Program-made: the position numbers and the translations under genes | Notes under the pieces: generated by a model | Told to the model about the DNA's origin: nothing | What the model saw: the letters and a program-made list of their open reading frames with translations, nothing else | Database searches by the model: none | Shown: in pieces, positions 1 through 8,976 of the stretch | How positions within the stretch are numbered: position 1 is the stretch's first letter | Layout: each line of letters starts with the position of its first letter | Origin: Eubacterium sp. CAG:38 | Lineage (GTDB): Bacteria; Bacillota; Clostridia; Oscillospirales; Ruminococcaceae | Reading direction: 5' to 3' | DNA: 64,000 nt | Assembly: GCA_963660925.1 (NCBI GenBank) | Contig: CAVKZS010000001.1 | Coordinates: 30,046-94,045 of the forward strand

Positions 1-390
1 GATTTTCTGCAGAACCGGGAGCCATTTTCTCTCGGGGCCAAAAGCATCTTTCGTGCTGCCGCGACCGATTGGTTCACCGGCTACATCACGGCCAAATCCG
101 CTACCGATATCTACTATCTGACACATCGCTGCACCCACAGCGATAAGGAGAGCCGCGAAAAGCTCAACCAGCTGCTCACCATTCTCGGCCTGCTCGATAC
201 GAGCAGCGACGCTATTTTCCACGCGATATCTTCCCCCGTATCGGATTTCGAGGATGCCGTCATGATCGAGACAGCCCGGCGTAGCCGGATGGACTGCATC
301 GTGACCCGCAACACCAAAGATTACGCCAAAGCGTCGCTTCCCGTCTACACGCCAGATGAATTTCTGGCCCGCTTGGAAGCATCTTCCTGA
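1..390 (+). CDS. PIN-domain protein (VapC-like), 5'-truncated by the window edge
   Basis: Frame +1 is open from base 1 to TGA at 388-390 (not in the ORF track). Translation contains DFEDAVMIETA and DCIVTRNTKDY, typical PIN-domain C-terminal motifs. Confidence 0.8.
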   Translation, partial: DFLQNREPFSLGAKSIFRAAATDWFTGYITAKSATDIYYLTHRCTHSDKESREKLNQLLTILGLLDTSSDAIFHAISSPVSDFEDAVMIETARRSRMDCIVTRNTKDYAKASLPVYTPDEFLARLEASS

Positions 391-441
391 GAAACAGCAA
401 ACGCAGAGTCAACCGAAAGGACTCTGCGTTTGCTGTTTCTC
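389..441. terminator. Bidirectional intrinsic terminator
   Basis: 22-bp perfect inverted repeat GAGAAACAGCAAACGCAGAGTC / GACTCTGCGTTTGCTGTTTCTC between convergent genes. Confidence 0.8.
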
Positions 442-1287
442 TTATTCTTTTTCAAATACCAAAAACCGGAAATCAATCGTCGTTGTCAGCTCCGGCAAAG
501 CGGCGAGGCGGGCAGCTCCGTCGCGGGGCGTTTTCCAGTAGTAGGGCGTCATAGCGAAGAGGGCCTCCAACTGCTGGGCCGGGACGGTGATCTCGCCCGA
601 GACTTCCCGCTCCCCGATGGCGCGGAATCCCTCATAGGCGATCTCCTGCACCGGGTTCTTGTAGGGCTTTTCGTAGAGGACTGCCTTCATCTGGTAGAGG
701 TGTTCCGCCCCCGGCACGACGTAGATCATCCGTCCGCCCGGGCGCAGCACCCGCAGGAACTCTTCCCGCGCAAAAGGCGAAAAGCAGTTGAGCAGCAGGT
801 CGGCCCACCCGGTCCGGATCGGCTGGGAAAAGCTGGACGCCACGGCGTATCCGGCCTGCGGCAACGCTTTTGCGGCCAGCCGGACGGCCGGTTTTGCGAT
901 GTCGAACCCGGCCAGCTCCAGCGGCTTTCCGGCCTCGGCGAACTGCCGGGCAATGCAGCGGTCGTACCAGCCCTCGCCGCAGCCTGCATCCAGCAGGCGG
1001 AGCGGTGCTTCCGGAGCTGTCGACTGACCATGCTCAAGGCAGAGTTCCCCCAAAGCCTCGCCGAAGATGCCGTAGTACCCGGCGTTCAGGAAGGCGCGGC
1101 GGGCTGCGACCATCTCTTTGCCGTCGCCGGGGGCCTTGGTGCGCATCTTCTGCACCGGCAGCAGATGCCAGTACCCCTCTTTGGCCCGGTCAAAGCTGTG
1201 TCCGGCGGTGCATTTCAGGGTCGTTTCGCCCGCCAGCGGTTTCCCGCACAGGGGGCACTGCCACGGCAGCTGTCTCGGTTTGTTCAT
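442..1287 (-). CDS. rlmA: 23S rRNA m1G745/748 methyltransferase RlmA family
   Basis: N-terminal Zn finger (CPLC...C...HSFD), SAM motif LDAGCGEGWY and the MTPYYW motif. Confidence 0.85.
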   Translation of the reverse strand: MNKPRQLPWQCPLCGKPLAGETTLKCTAGHSFDRAKEGYWHLLPVQKMRTKAPGDGKEMVAARRAFLNAGYYGIFGEALGELCLEHGQSTAPEAPLRLLDAGCGEGWYDRCIARQFAEAGKPLELAGFDIAKPAVRLAAKALPQAGYAVASSFSQPIRTGWADLLLNCFSPFAREEFLRVLRPGGRMIYVVPGAEHLYQMKAVLYEKPYKNPVQEIAYEGFRAIGEREVSGEITVPAQQLEALFAMTPYYWKTPRDGAARLAALPELTTTIDFRFLVFEKE

Positions 1288-3263
1288 CAGATCTCCTCGC
1301 TGTGATCCTCAATGGGAGCGGTCGCGCCGCCGTGGGCGGTCATATACTCCTCAAAATTGCTGAATTTCTGCTGCGGCGGGCGGCGGCTGATCAGCACCAG
1401 ACCCGGGTCTTCGTCCTTGGCGGCGGCACTGCGGCCGCGGCTGCGGGTGTTTGTCTGCTCCGGCTTGCGGGGAGCACGGCCTGCACCCAGCGGGGCAGTG
1501 TTGCTGTTCCGACGGCTCTGGGAATTGTTTGCATTGTTCTGTGCATTCTGCACCGGCTTCGGCTCGGCAGAACCCGCGCGGTTGCTGCGGTCATTGCGGC
1601 CGTTCCGGGCCGGGCGGTCGTTCTTGGGCTGGGCCGCACGGTTGTTGTTCCGGTCATTGCGGGCGTTGTTCGCACCGTTGTTCGGGTTGCTCTGTGCGTT
1701 CTGGGCCTGCTGCACGCTGCGGGCCGTCTTGATCTGGGGAGCAGGCTGGGGAGCCGGGGCTTTCTTGGCCGGGCGGAGCGGCGTTGCTTCGGGTGCGCTC
1801 ACAAAGTGCGGGTCGAACTTGGGCTGTGCATTGCTGCTGCGATTCTGCGCCGGGGCTGCGGTGTTGTTGTCGCGACGGGGGCGGTTATTGGAACGGCGGT
1901 TTTCATTGCGTCCGCCGGGAGTGCGCTTCTGGTTTTCATCCATGGGTTGTTCCTCTTTTGTTACGGATTTGGGCTGTTTTGCAGGCTTCTCGGCCTTTTT
2001 TGCCGGAGCCGCTGCGGGAGCCTTGGCCGCTTTGGGTTCTGCTTTGGGTGCCTCGGACTGCTGTGCCACAGCCTCGGCTTTGGGCTTGCGGCCCCGCACC
2101 GGGGGCTCTTTCTTGGCCGGGGCGGGCACACCGTCCCAAGGGTGGCCGGACACCACCGGGATCTTCCGGCGGTTCAGCTTTTCGATGCCGGCCAGATACT
2201 CCTGCTCCTCGGGGGCGCAGAAGCTGACGGCGGTGCCGTCAGCACCGGCGCGGGCCGTGCGGCCGATCCGGTGCACATAGGTCTCCGGCACCTCGGGCAG
2301 GTCGTAGTTGAACACATGGGACAGCTCGCTGATGTCGATGCCGCGGGCGGCGATGTCGGTAGCCACCAGCACCTTGGTCTTGCCGGCCTTGAAGCCCTCA
2401 AGGGCGGCGACGCGGGCACTCTGACTCTTGTTGCCGTGGATGGCCGCCGCCGGAATGCCCTGCTTGGTCAGGTCGCGGGCGATCTTGTCCGCGCCGTGCT
2501 TGGTGCGGCTGAACACCAGTGCGTTCTGCACCGGCGGGTTCAGGTTCTTGATGAGCCACGGGAGCAGGAGCTTTTTGTTGCCCTTCTCCACAAAATACAA
2601 ACTCTGGTCGATCCGGTCCACGGTGCTGGACACCGGGTCCACCTTGACGAAGGCCGGGTTGTGCAGGATGCCCGCGGCCAGCTGCTCGATCTCTTTCGGC
2701 ATGGTCGCGCTGAACATCAGGTTCTGCCGCTTGGCGGGCAGCTTTGCGATGACCCGTTTCACGTCGTGGACAAAGCCCATATCCAGCATCCGGTCGGCCT
2801 CGTCCAAGACAAAAATTTCAATGTCCGACAAGTCGATCAGGCCCTGCCCCACCAAGTCGTTCAGACGGCCCGGGCAGGCGATCAGGATGTCCACGCCCCG
2901 CTTGATGGCCTCGACCTGCGGGGCCTGCCCCACACCGCCGAAGATGACGGTGCTGCGGAGCTTGAGGTACTTGCCGTAGGCTTCAAAGCTTTCGCCGATC
3001 TGGAGCGCAAGCTCCCGGGTCGGGGTCAGGATCAGGGCGCGGACAGCCCCCTTCTTCCGGGCGGGCTGGGCGGTCAGCCGGTCCAGCATCGGCAGTGCGA
3101 ACGCCGCCGTCTTGCCGGTGCCCGTCTGGGCGCAGCCCATTAAATCCCGTCCTTCCAGCACCGGCGGAATGGCCGATGCCTGAATGGGCGAGGGCGTTTC
3201 GTAGCCCGCCTCCGCAACAGCACGCAGAATGGGGGCGGACAGATTCAATTCGTTAAAAGTCAT
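1287..3263 (-). CDS. DEAD-box RNA helicase (RhlE-like) with long disordered C-terminal tail
   Basis: Q motif [31 protein letters not shown] and HRIGRTAR motifs, followed by a low-complexity tail of about 280 aa. Confidence 0.95.
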   Translation of the reverse strand: MTFNELNLSAPILRAVAEAGYETPSPIQASAIPPVLEGRDLMGCAQTGTGKTAAFALPMLDRLTAQPARKKGAVRALILTPTRELALQIGESFEAYGKYLKLRSTVIFGGVGQAPQVEAIKRGVDILIACPGRLNDLVGQGLIDLSDIEIFVLDEADRMLDMGFVHDVKRVIAKLPAKRQNLMFSATMPKEIEQLAAGILHNPAFVKVDPVSSTVDRIDQSLYFVEKGNKKLLLPWLIKNLNPPVQNALVFSRTKHGADKIARDLTKQGIPAAAIHGNKSQSARVAALEGFKAGKTKVLVATDIAARGIDISELSHVFNYDLPEVPETYVHRIGRTARAGADGTAVSFCAPEEQEYLAGIEKLNRRKIPVVSGHPWDGVPAPAKKEPPVRGRKPKAEAVAQQSEAPKAEPKAAKAPAAAPAKKAEKPAKQPKSVTKEEQPMDENQKRTPGGRNENRRSNNRPRRDNNTAAPAQNRSSNAQPKFDPHFVSAPEATPLRPAKKAPAPQPAPQIKTARSVQQAQNAQSNPNNGANNARNDRNNNRAAQPKNDRPARNGRNDRSNRAGSAEPKPVQNAQNNANNSQSRRNSNTAPLGAGRAPRKPEQTNTRSRGRSAAAKDEDPGLVLISRRPPQQKFSNFEEYMTAHGGATAPIEDHSEEI

Positions 3264-3273
3264 GGTTCTCCTA

Positions 3274-4566
3274 TTATTCTTTGATCTTGCGGCACTCTAC
3301 ATAGTACCGCTTTTCCTCCGCGTGGCCCATACTGAAGGTCTTGCGCGGGAGCACGCCGCCCAGCACGACGCCCTTGAAGAGGTCGCGCTTTTCAAACGGC
3401 GGCAGCAGGAACGCCACACCGCCCTGTTTGGTCAGGGCGCGGACAGCCGGCTCGTCGTGGACATAATCCACCCGGGCTTCCTTATGATGCTCAAGGAAAT
3501 ATTCGATAAATTCGTCGATGGTGCCCACGGTCAGCGGGGCAACAGGGTCTTCAAAGCTCAGCACATTCGAGACGTGGGGGCCGGCCAGCGTGAAGGACTG
3601 CTGCTTGGTGTCGCCGAAGCAGATGCCCGCCATATTTGCGTCGCTCCAAGTGATGAGGGAGAGCAGCACCGCGCCGCAGTCCACGTTGAAGAGGACGCGG
3701 TGGATCGGCTCGATCTCGATGGCCGGGGAGTGGACGTTGCAGACCTCGGCAAGGCACCAGCGGGCCGGATGGGTCAGCTGCTCCTCCGGGGTCAGGGTCT
3801 TTTTCAGCTCTTCCCAGCAGGCTTTGGCCGAGGCCAGCGAGTGGTTGCCGTCGCCGACGGCCAGCGTCAAGGGCTGTGCGCCCTTGGCCTCTGGATATTT
3901 CGCGTCAAAGGCTTCCTGACTGCCGAGGGCATTCAGGGCATGGTCGATCTGCTCCAGCAGGGCCGGATCTTCGACGGCCCAGCCCGCAATGTGGCCGCCG
4001 CCCAGCATCAGCTCGCCCTCGTAGACCTTCCGCAGTTCGTTTTTCTTGGCCCCGATGGGCTCGATGAGGGTGCAGTCCGGGTCATCGGCCAGCATCATCA
4101 CATGGGGCGTTTCCAGCGTTGCGCCCCGCCGCACTGCCATCCGGGGCGGGATGCGGGATTCGACCGTGCTCTCACTGGGCCGGACGGCCGGGCGGGTGCC
4201 TCTGGCATAACTATATGCTTCCAGATCGATCTTCCCCACAAGGCCCTGCCGCACCCGGCCGCTCTGCTCGGTGCGCTCGACGTAAATGAAACCATCCACT
4301 GCGCGGGTCAGCACGTCGCGGGCGTAGGCGTCCATGGTGTCGTGGATCTTCTCCACCCGGGCGTTCACATCGCTGTCCTCAAGGTAGACCTCGGGCAGGA
4401 TGAGATGCAGCGTGCTGGGGCAGTCGGCGGCCGTCTGTGCCGCCTTTTCCCAATAGGCGCGGTCGCTGGTAAACTGATCGCAGGCCACGCATCCCCACTG
4501 CTCCAGCGGGATGTTTTCCGCAGGCAGAAGGATGTGAGCAGGTGAAAAGCAGGATGCGTGATTCAT
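3274..4566 (-). CDS. DUF1015 family protein
   Basis: [19 protein letters not shown] and LPRKTFSMG motifs typical of this family. Confidence 0.75.
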   Translation of the reverse strand: MNHASCFSPAHILLPAENIPLEQWGCVACDQFTSDRAYWEKAAQTAADCPSTLHLILPEVYLEDSDVNARVEKIHDTMDAYARDVLTRAVDGFIYVERTEQSGRVRQGLVGKIDLEAYSYARGTRPAVRPSESTVESRIPPRMAVRRGATLETPHVMMLADDPDCTLIEPIGAKKNELRKVYEGELMLGGGHIAGWAVEDPALLEQIDHALNALGSQEAFDAKYPEAKGAQPLTLAVGDGNHSLASAKACWEELKKTLTPEEQLTHPARWCLAEVCNVHSPAIEIEPIHRVLFNVDCGAVLLSLITWSDANMAGICFGDTKQQSFTLAGPHVSNVLSFEDPVAPLTVGTIDEFIEYFLEHHKEARVDYVHDEPAVRALTKQGGVAFLLPPFEKRDLFKGVVLGGVLPRKTFSMGHAEEKRYYVECRKIKE

Positions 4567-4601
4567 AACTGATTCCTCACTTTCAGGGTTCCGAAAAAGC
4601 C

Positions 4602-5729
4602 TTATTCAAAATAATTTGCCGCGTTATCCCGGATGACGATGTGCTCTACGCCCGAAGCCGCGAGGCTCTGCACCAGTTCGGCGCGGGATGCCTCATCCAG
4701 CGTGGACTTGGAGGGCACGGTCACCAGCAGATTCTTCATACCGAGCTGGGCCGCCGGTGCCCCCAGTGTGGAAGCGGTATCCGTCACCTGACCCAGTGCA
4801 TAGCCGTACCACAGGGTCACGCTGTCGCCGAAGCGGGCCTGCCATGCGGCGATGTCCGCCGTCAGCTGACCGGCGCGGTCCACGCCGTTGGTATTGCCGA
4901 AGTCCTGCTTGCCGTTCTGGGCCGAGGGGAACTGCACGTTCTCCAGCAGGATCTGATCGAAGCCCGCAGTGTGCAGCTCGTCGATGAGGTCGCCGATGTA
5001 CTGCACGGCCTCCTGCGAGTAGGGGTTCAGCCACGGGTTGCCGCCGGCCGAAGCCTTGTTGTCCAGCCAGAGGTAGGCCTGATTGGTGTAGCCGATGGCC
5101 ATGGTGCGGACGGCGCGGGCACCGGCCGGGTCACGGAAAGCCGCAAGCTTTGCCACCGGGACCAGCCCTTCTTCCTTGAAGATCGCCGCGATCCGGGCCG
5201 GGTCCACGGTTTGGGACGCTGCATTGGCCGCGCCTGCCGCGGTCTGGGACGGGAAGTAGACCGTACCGGCGGTGTCTTTCAGGGTCACCACCGCATAGGC
5301 TGCACCCTGTGCCGCCGCCTGCTGTGCTGCCGCGCGGATGGCGTCATCACTGGTCAGTGCGGTGACATCCACCTCGGTCCAGCTGCCCGCAACGATGGCG
5401 GTGCCCGGTGCGGGTTCCGGCTCTGCCACGGAGGAAGCCGCCGGCTCGCTGGAAGCGGCCTCCGAAGAAGCCGCGCTCGACGCTGCTTCGCTGGAAGCGG
5501 CACTGGACGCCGCGCTGGCAACACCCGACGCCGAGAGGTCGCGGTTGCGCACCACCGTGTACCAAGTGTGGGTCGCCCAGTCCAGCACATGGGGTGCGGC
5601 CACCCATGCAGCCGCCAGCACCGCGATCACGAGGACTGCGATGCCGATCCCTTTTTTGATCCGCGTTTCGCGGCTGTAAAAACTCCGCCGGTAGCGTTTC
5701 ACCTTGGTGCGTTTTTTGTAGTGTGCCAT
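4602..5729 (-). CDS. Membrane-anchored putative glycoside-hydrolase-like protein (DUF4015-like)
   Basis: Basic N-terminus, one TM helix, Ser/Ala linker, then VTLKDTAG, AAFRDP, WLNPY and GFDQILLENVQFP motifs. Confidence 0.7.
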   Translation of the reverse strand: MAHYKKRTKVKRYRRSFYSRETRIKKGIGIAVLVIAVLAAAWVAAPHVLDWATHTWYTVVRNRDLSASGVASAASSAASSEAASSAASSEAASSEPAASSVAEPEPAPGTAIVAGSWTEVDVTALTSDDAIRAAAQQAAAQGAAYAVVTLKDTAGTVYFPSQTAAGAANAASQTVDPARIAAIFKEEGLVPVAKLAAFRDPAGARAVRTMAIGYTNQAYLWLDNKASAGGNPWLNPYSQEAVQYIGDLIDELHTAGFDQILLENVQFPSAQNGKQDFGNTNGVDRAGQLTADIAAWQARFGDSVTLWYGYALGQVTDTASTLGAPAAQLGMKNLLVTVPSKSTLDEASRAELVQSLAASGVEHIVIRDNAANYFE

Positions 5730-5754
5730 AAGTGTTCCATCCTCCCTGTCCCGA

Positions 5755-6363
5755 TCACAGGATCACAGAATGTCCGGTAAAGCCATAGATCGCCAGTGCC
5801 AGCACGCCGATATACACCAGCGTAATAGGCAGGCCGCAGAATGCAGACGGGATTGCCCGGCTGCGCAGACGGTTCTTGGCCTCGGTGACCAGCATGACCG
5901 CCAGCAGATAGCCCAGCCCGCTGCCGAGGCCGAAGCCCAGCGACTGGCCCAGCGTAAAGCTCTGGGTGCGCTCCACCAGCACCGTACCCAGCACGCAGCT
6001 GTTCAGCGCGGCCAGCGGCAGGATGCGGATGAGCAGGCCGCTGCGGGGCCCCTTGACCAGCCGCAGCACCAGATACTCGAACAGGCAGACCAGCGCGATG
6101 CAGGCCAGATAGACCAGCGGGCGCAGCTGGGCGCGGTTTTCCAGCGGAGCGATCAGGCCGCCCGCATAGAACGCCAGCGGTGCCACCAACACCTGCGTGA
6201 TGCAGAGCATCAGGGCGAACCACCAGCTGCTGGTGCGGTCATCGCCCACCAGCTGCACCAGACGGGAGACGCCCAGACCGCGGGTAAAGATCGCGTTCTG
6301 CGCAAAGACCGCCAGCACTGCATAGCTAAAGAAGATGCCGACGGCATTCAGAACTTCTCTCAT
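5755..6363 (-). CDS. RnfA/NqrE-like membrane protein (divergent)
   Basis: Hydrophobic, 202 aa; LPLAALNSCVLG, GLGSGLGYLLA and IPSAFCGLPITL...LALAIYGF align with the RnfA pattern. Confidence 0.8.
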   Translation of the reverse strand: MREVLNAVGIFFSYAVLAVFAQNAIFTRGLGVSRLVQLVGDDRTSSWWFALMLCITQVLVAPLAFYAGGLIAPLENRAQLRPLVYLACIALVCLFEYLVLRLVKGPRSGLLIRILPLAALNSCVLGTVLVERTQSFTLGQSLGFGLGSGLGYLLAVMLVTEAKNRLRSRAIPSAFCGLPITLVYIGVLALAIYGFTGHSVIL

Positions 6364-7079
6364 TGCTTGCGCTCTCCTTCCTTCTGCAGGGCGATCAGGT
6401 TGACCGCCTCGGTCTTCAGATCCTTCTTCCGCCAGTTGGCGACGGCGCGCCAGACGGCGCAGAGCACGCCCAGCACGATGAAGCCGCCGGCCGGCATGGA
6501 CGCCATCGGCAGGGCCGGGCGGGTGCTCAATACCACGCCGAAGATGCTGCCCTGTGCCAGAAACTCCCGCACGCAGCCCACCAGCAGCAGGATCAGCGCG
6601 TAGCCCACGGTGATCCGCAGGCCCTTGGAGATGGCTTTCCGGGGCCGCTCCTGAACCCGGCCAAAGCGGTAGATCAGCAGCGGCTCCACGGTCAGCAGGG
6701 GCAGATAGACGCCCAAGCTCAGCAGATCCACTCCGAACAGGCTGTTCAGCAGCGGATACATCACAAAGTAGACCGCCGCCGCACTGCCGCAGTAGATCAG
6801 GCCGCGGGGCAGCAGCTTCTTTTCCAGCTCTTCCGCCGAGGGCTGCTCGTCCCGCAGGGGGACGGCGCGGCTCAGCAGGCAGGCCAGCAGGCGGGACGGG
6901 GTCAGCAGCAGCAAGACCGCCACCGCCAGCATCCCGGCGTTTTTGCCGCTGGTGGCCAGCACCACCAGCGGGGCCAGACCCATGCCCTGCATGACAACGG
7001 GATTGTTCAGGAACACGCGGTCGTGGTGGGCGTACTTGTCCGGGTTGCGGACGATCTGTTCAGCAACGTTGCGTTTCAT
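6360..7079 (-). CDS. RnfE/NqrD-like membrane protein (divergent)
   Basis: NNPVVMQGMGLAPL, VREFLAQGSIFG and PAGGFIVLG motifs. ATG at 7079 overlaps the upstream stop (ATGA) and has a GGAGG SD. Confidence 0.8.
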   Translation of the reverse strand: MKRNVAEQIVRNPDKYAHHDRVFLNNPVVMQGMGLAPLVVLATSGKNAGMLAVAVLLLLTPSRLLACLLSRAVPLRDEQPSAEELEKKLLPRGLIYCGSAAAVYFVMYPLLNSLFGVDLLSLGVYLPLLTVEPLLIYRFGRVQERPRKAISKGLRITVGYALILLLVGCVREFLAQGSIFGVVLSTRPALPMASMPAGGFIVLGVLCAVWRAVANWRKKDLKTEAVNLIALQKEGERKQ

Positions 7080-8095
7080 TCCGCAGCCTCCTTTCCGTCC
7101 TCCGGGGTCTTGTGGAGCAGCTGGTACAGCCGCAGCTCGGTGCGGTCGAGCCAGCCGGAAATGCTGTTGACCACCAGCAGCGCAAAGCACACGCCGGTGT
7201 CGTACACGCCGAAGTACCGGAAGCCCATGGTCATAACGCCCAGCAGGACGCCGTAGAGGATGCGTCCGATCCGGTGGTGGGCGCAGGTGTACGGCTCATT
7301 GAAGAGGAACACCGCGCTGAACAGCATCGCACCGGTCAGCAGCTCGTCCCGCACGCCGCCCAGACGGGCCGCGAAGGTGGTGAAGATGGAACTGCCCATC
7401 AGTCCGGCTTCCCGGGGGAAGAGGAACGCAATGAGCGCACTGGTGACAAGGAAGCTGATGGCCGTGCTCAGGCGGATGTCCTTCTGGCTCCAGAGGAAGA
7501 AGCCGCAGGCCACGATGATGAGGGCCGCGCCGGTGCCCATGGGGGCCGCATACTCGCCCAGACCAAGGCTCAGCGCGCTCATGTTCAGCAGACCGCCGCT
7601 GCGCAGGGTGTCTGCGATGGAGCTGGACAGCGGCACGCCCGACGCATCCCAGAGCGGGATGTTCGCATAGGGCTGGGGATACCGGAACACCTGCTCCGGC
7701 CATGAAACTGCCGCAACGGTATAGCCCACGGCGGCAGGGTTGAAGGGGTAGCTGCCATATCCGCCGAACACCTCTTTACCGATCAGCACGCCCACCAGCA
7801 CCGCCGCGATCAGGACATACCAATCCACGGTGGCCGGCAGCAGCAGCGCGATGACCAGCGCGAAGCTCTCGTTGGAAAAGTCGGATGCCTGATACACGCG
7901 CCGGCGCAGCAGGCTGACCAGACGGTCGCACAGGTTGCCGGTGAGCAGTGCCGCCGCGCAGAGCAGCAGCGGCCGTGCCCCATACAGATAGCAGGACATA
8001 CAGAGCAGCGGGATGGCCATAAAGCAGATGTGCTTGTAGTAGCGGCCGGTCCGGTTCAGCTCCTTCTCCTGCAGTTCAATGATCGTTTTTTCCAT
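7076..8095 (-). CDS. RnfD/NqrB-like membrane protein (divergent)
   Basis: GKEVFGGYGSYPFNPAAVG and GVCFALLVVN motifs. Start placed at ATG 8095, just after the rpe stop. Confidence 0.8.
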   Translation of the reverse strand: MEKTIIELQEKELNRTGRYYKHICFMAIPLLCMSCYLYGARPLLLCAAALLTGNLCDRLVSLLRRRVYQASDFSNESFALVIALLLPATVDWYVLIAAVLVGVLIGKEVFGGYGSYPFNPAAVGYTVAAVSWPEQVFRYPQPYANIPLWDASGVPLSSSIADTLRSGGLLNMSALSLGLGEYAAPMGTGAALIIVACGFFLWSQKDIRLSTAISFLVTSALIAFLFPREAGLMGSSIFTTFAARLGGVRDELLTGAMLFSAVFLFNEPYTCAHHRIGRILYGVLLGVMTMGFRYFGVYDTGVCFALLVVNSISGWLDRTELRLYQLLHKTPEDGKEAAE

Positions 8096-8108
8096 GGCAG
8101 TACCCCGC

Positions 8109-8759
8109 TTACAGAGCTGCCAGACGGCGCACCATCTCCGCCGGTTCCGCCGCGCCAAAGACCGCGTTGCCTGCCACCAGAACGTCTGCACCCGCCTCGA
8201 CGCAGAGGGGCGCGGTGTTCGCATCCACGCCGCCGTCCACTTCCAGCAGGTAGTGCAGGCCCCGCTTTTCCCGCTCGGCTTTGAGCCAGCGGAGCTTGTC
8301 GATGGCCGAGGGCATGAACTTCTGGCCGCCGAAGCCCGGCTCCACGCTCATGACCAGCACCAGATCCAGCTGATCCAGATAGGGTACCAGTGCCTCGGGC
8401 GGGGTGTTGGGCTTGATGGTCAGGCCGGTCTTGCAGCCCAGAGCCTTGACTTTATCCAGCGTCTGCTGGATGTCGTCTTCACATTCGAGGTGGAAGTTGC
8501 AGAGGGTCGCGCCCGCCTTGATGAAGGGTTCCGCATATTCCAGCGGGTGGGAGATCATCAGGTGGACGTCGTAAAACGCCTCGGGCAGGCCCTTGTGCAG
8601 GCTCTTGAGCACCGGCACGCCAAAGCTGATGTTCGGCACAAAGTGGCCGTCCATCACGTCATAATGCAGCATCTTGGCACCGGCGTCCAGCACCATCCGG
8701 CAGTCGTCGCCCAGATGGGTAAAGTCGGCGGAAAGAATGGAAGGACTCACAATCGTCAT
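8109..8759 (-). CDS. rpe: Ribulose-phosphate 3-epimerase
   Basis: SPSILSADF, HYDVMDGHFVPN, DVHLM, MSVEPGFGGQ and EVDGG motifs. GGAGAG SD before ATG 8759. Confidence 0.95.
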   Translation of the reverse strand: MTIVSPSILSADFTHLGDDCRMVLDAGAKMLHYDVMDGHFVPNISFGVPVLKSLHKGLPEAFYDVHLMISHPLEYAEPFIKAGATLCNFHLECEDDIQQTLDKVKALGCKTGLTIKPNTPPEALVPYLDQLDLVLVMSVEPGFGGQKFMPSAIDKLRWLKAEREKRGLHYLLEVDGGVDANTAPLCVEAGADVLVAGNAVFGAAEPAEMVRRLAAL

Positions 8760-8976
8760 TGTACTATACTCTCCGTAATTTTCAGAAAGATTTTCGCTCA
8801 TTGTCCAGTTTTTCTTCTCTTTCCGGGGCCGTTTCACCGACCCGGAGAGAGATGGACATAGCTATTTTTTAGTTTACATGAAAACGCGCAAAAAATCAAA
8901 CCCGCAGCGGTGTTTTTCACGAAAAACACAGAAAACCAGACCACCGGCCCTTGCGGGCGGCAGTCTGGCTGTGTGT

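Noticed and set aside
870..3143. 757-aa + strand ORF, and similar long ORFs (430-1305, 3229-4545, 16345-18063, 19391-21316, 24533-26473, 27967-30015, 31847-33976, 53219-55072, 56953-59178)
   Set aside because: Antisense shadows of well-supported genes, expected from GC-rich codon bias. They have no motifs or SD.
5755..8095. Canonical rnf operon, or pseudogenes
   Set aside because: Cofactor motifs and partner subunits are missing, so it is not canonical. The frames are intact and coupled, so it is not called a pseudogene.
8777..8791. AATTTTCAGAAAGAT resembling a CodY box upstream of rpe
   Set aside because: Two mismatches in AT-rich DNA, and the presence of CodY in this organism is unknown.
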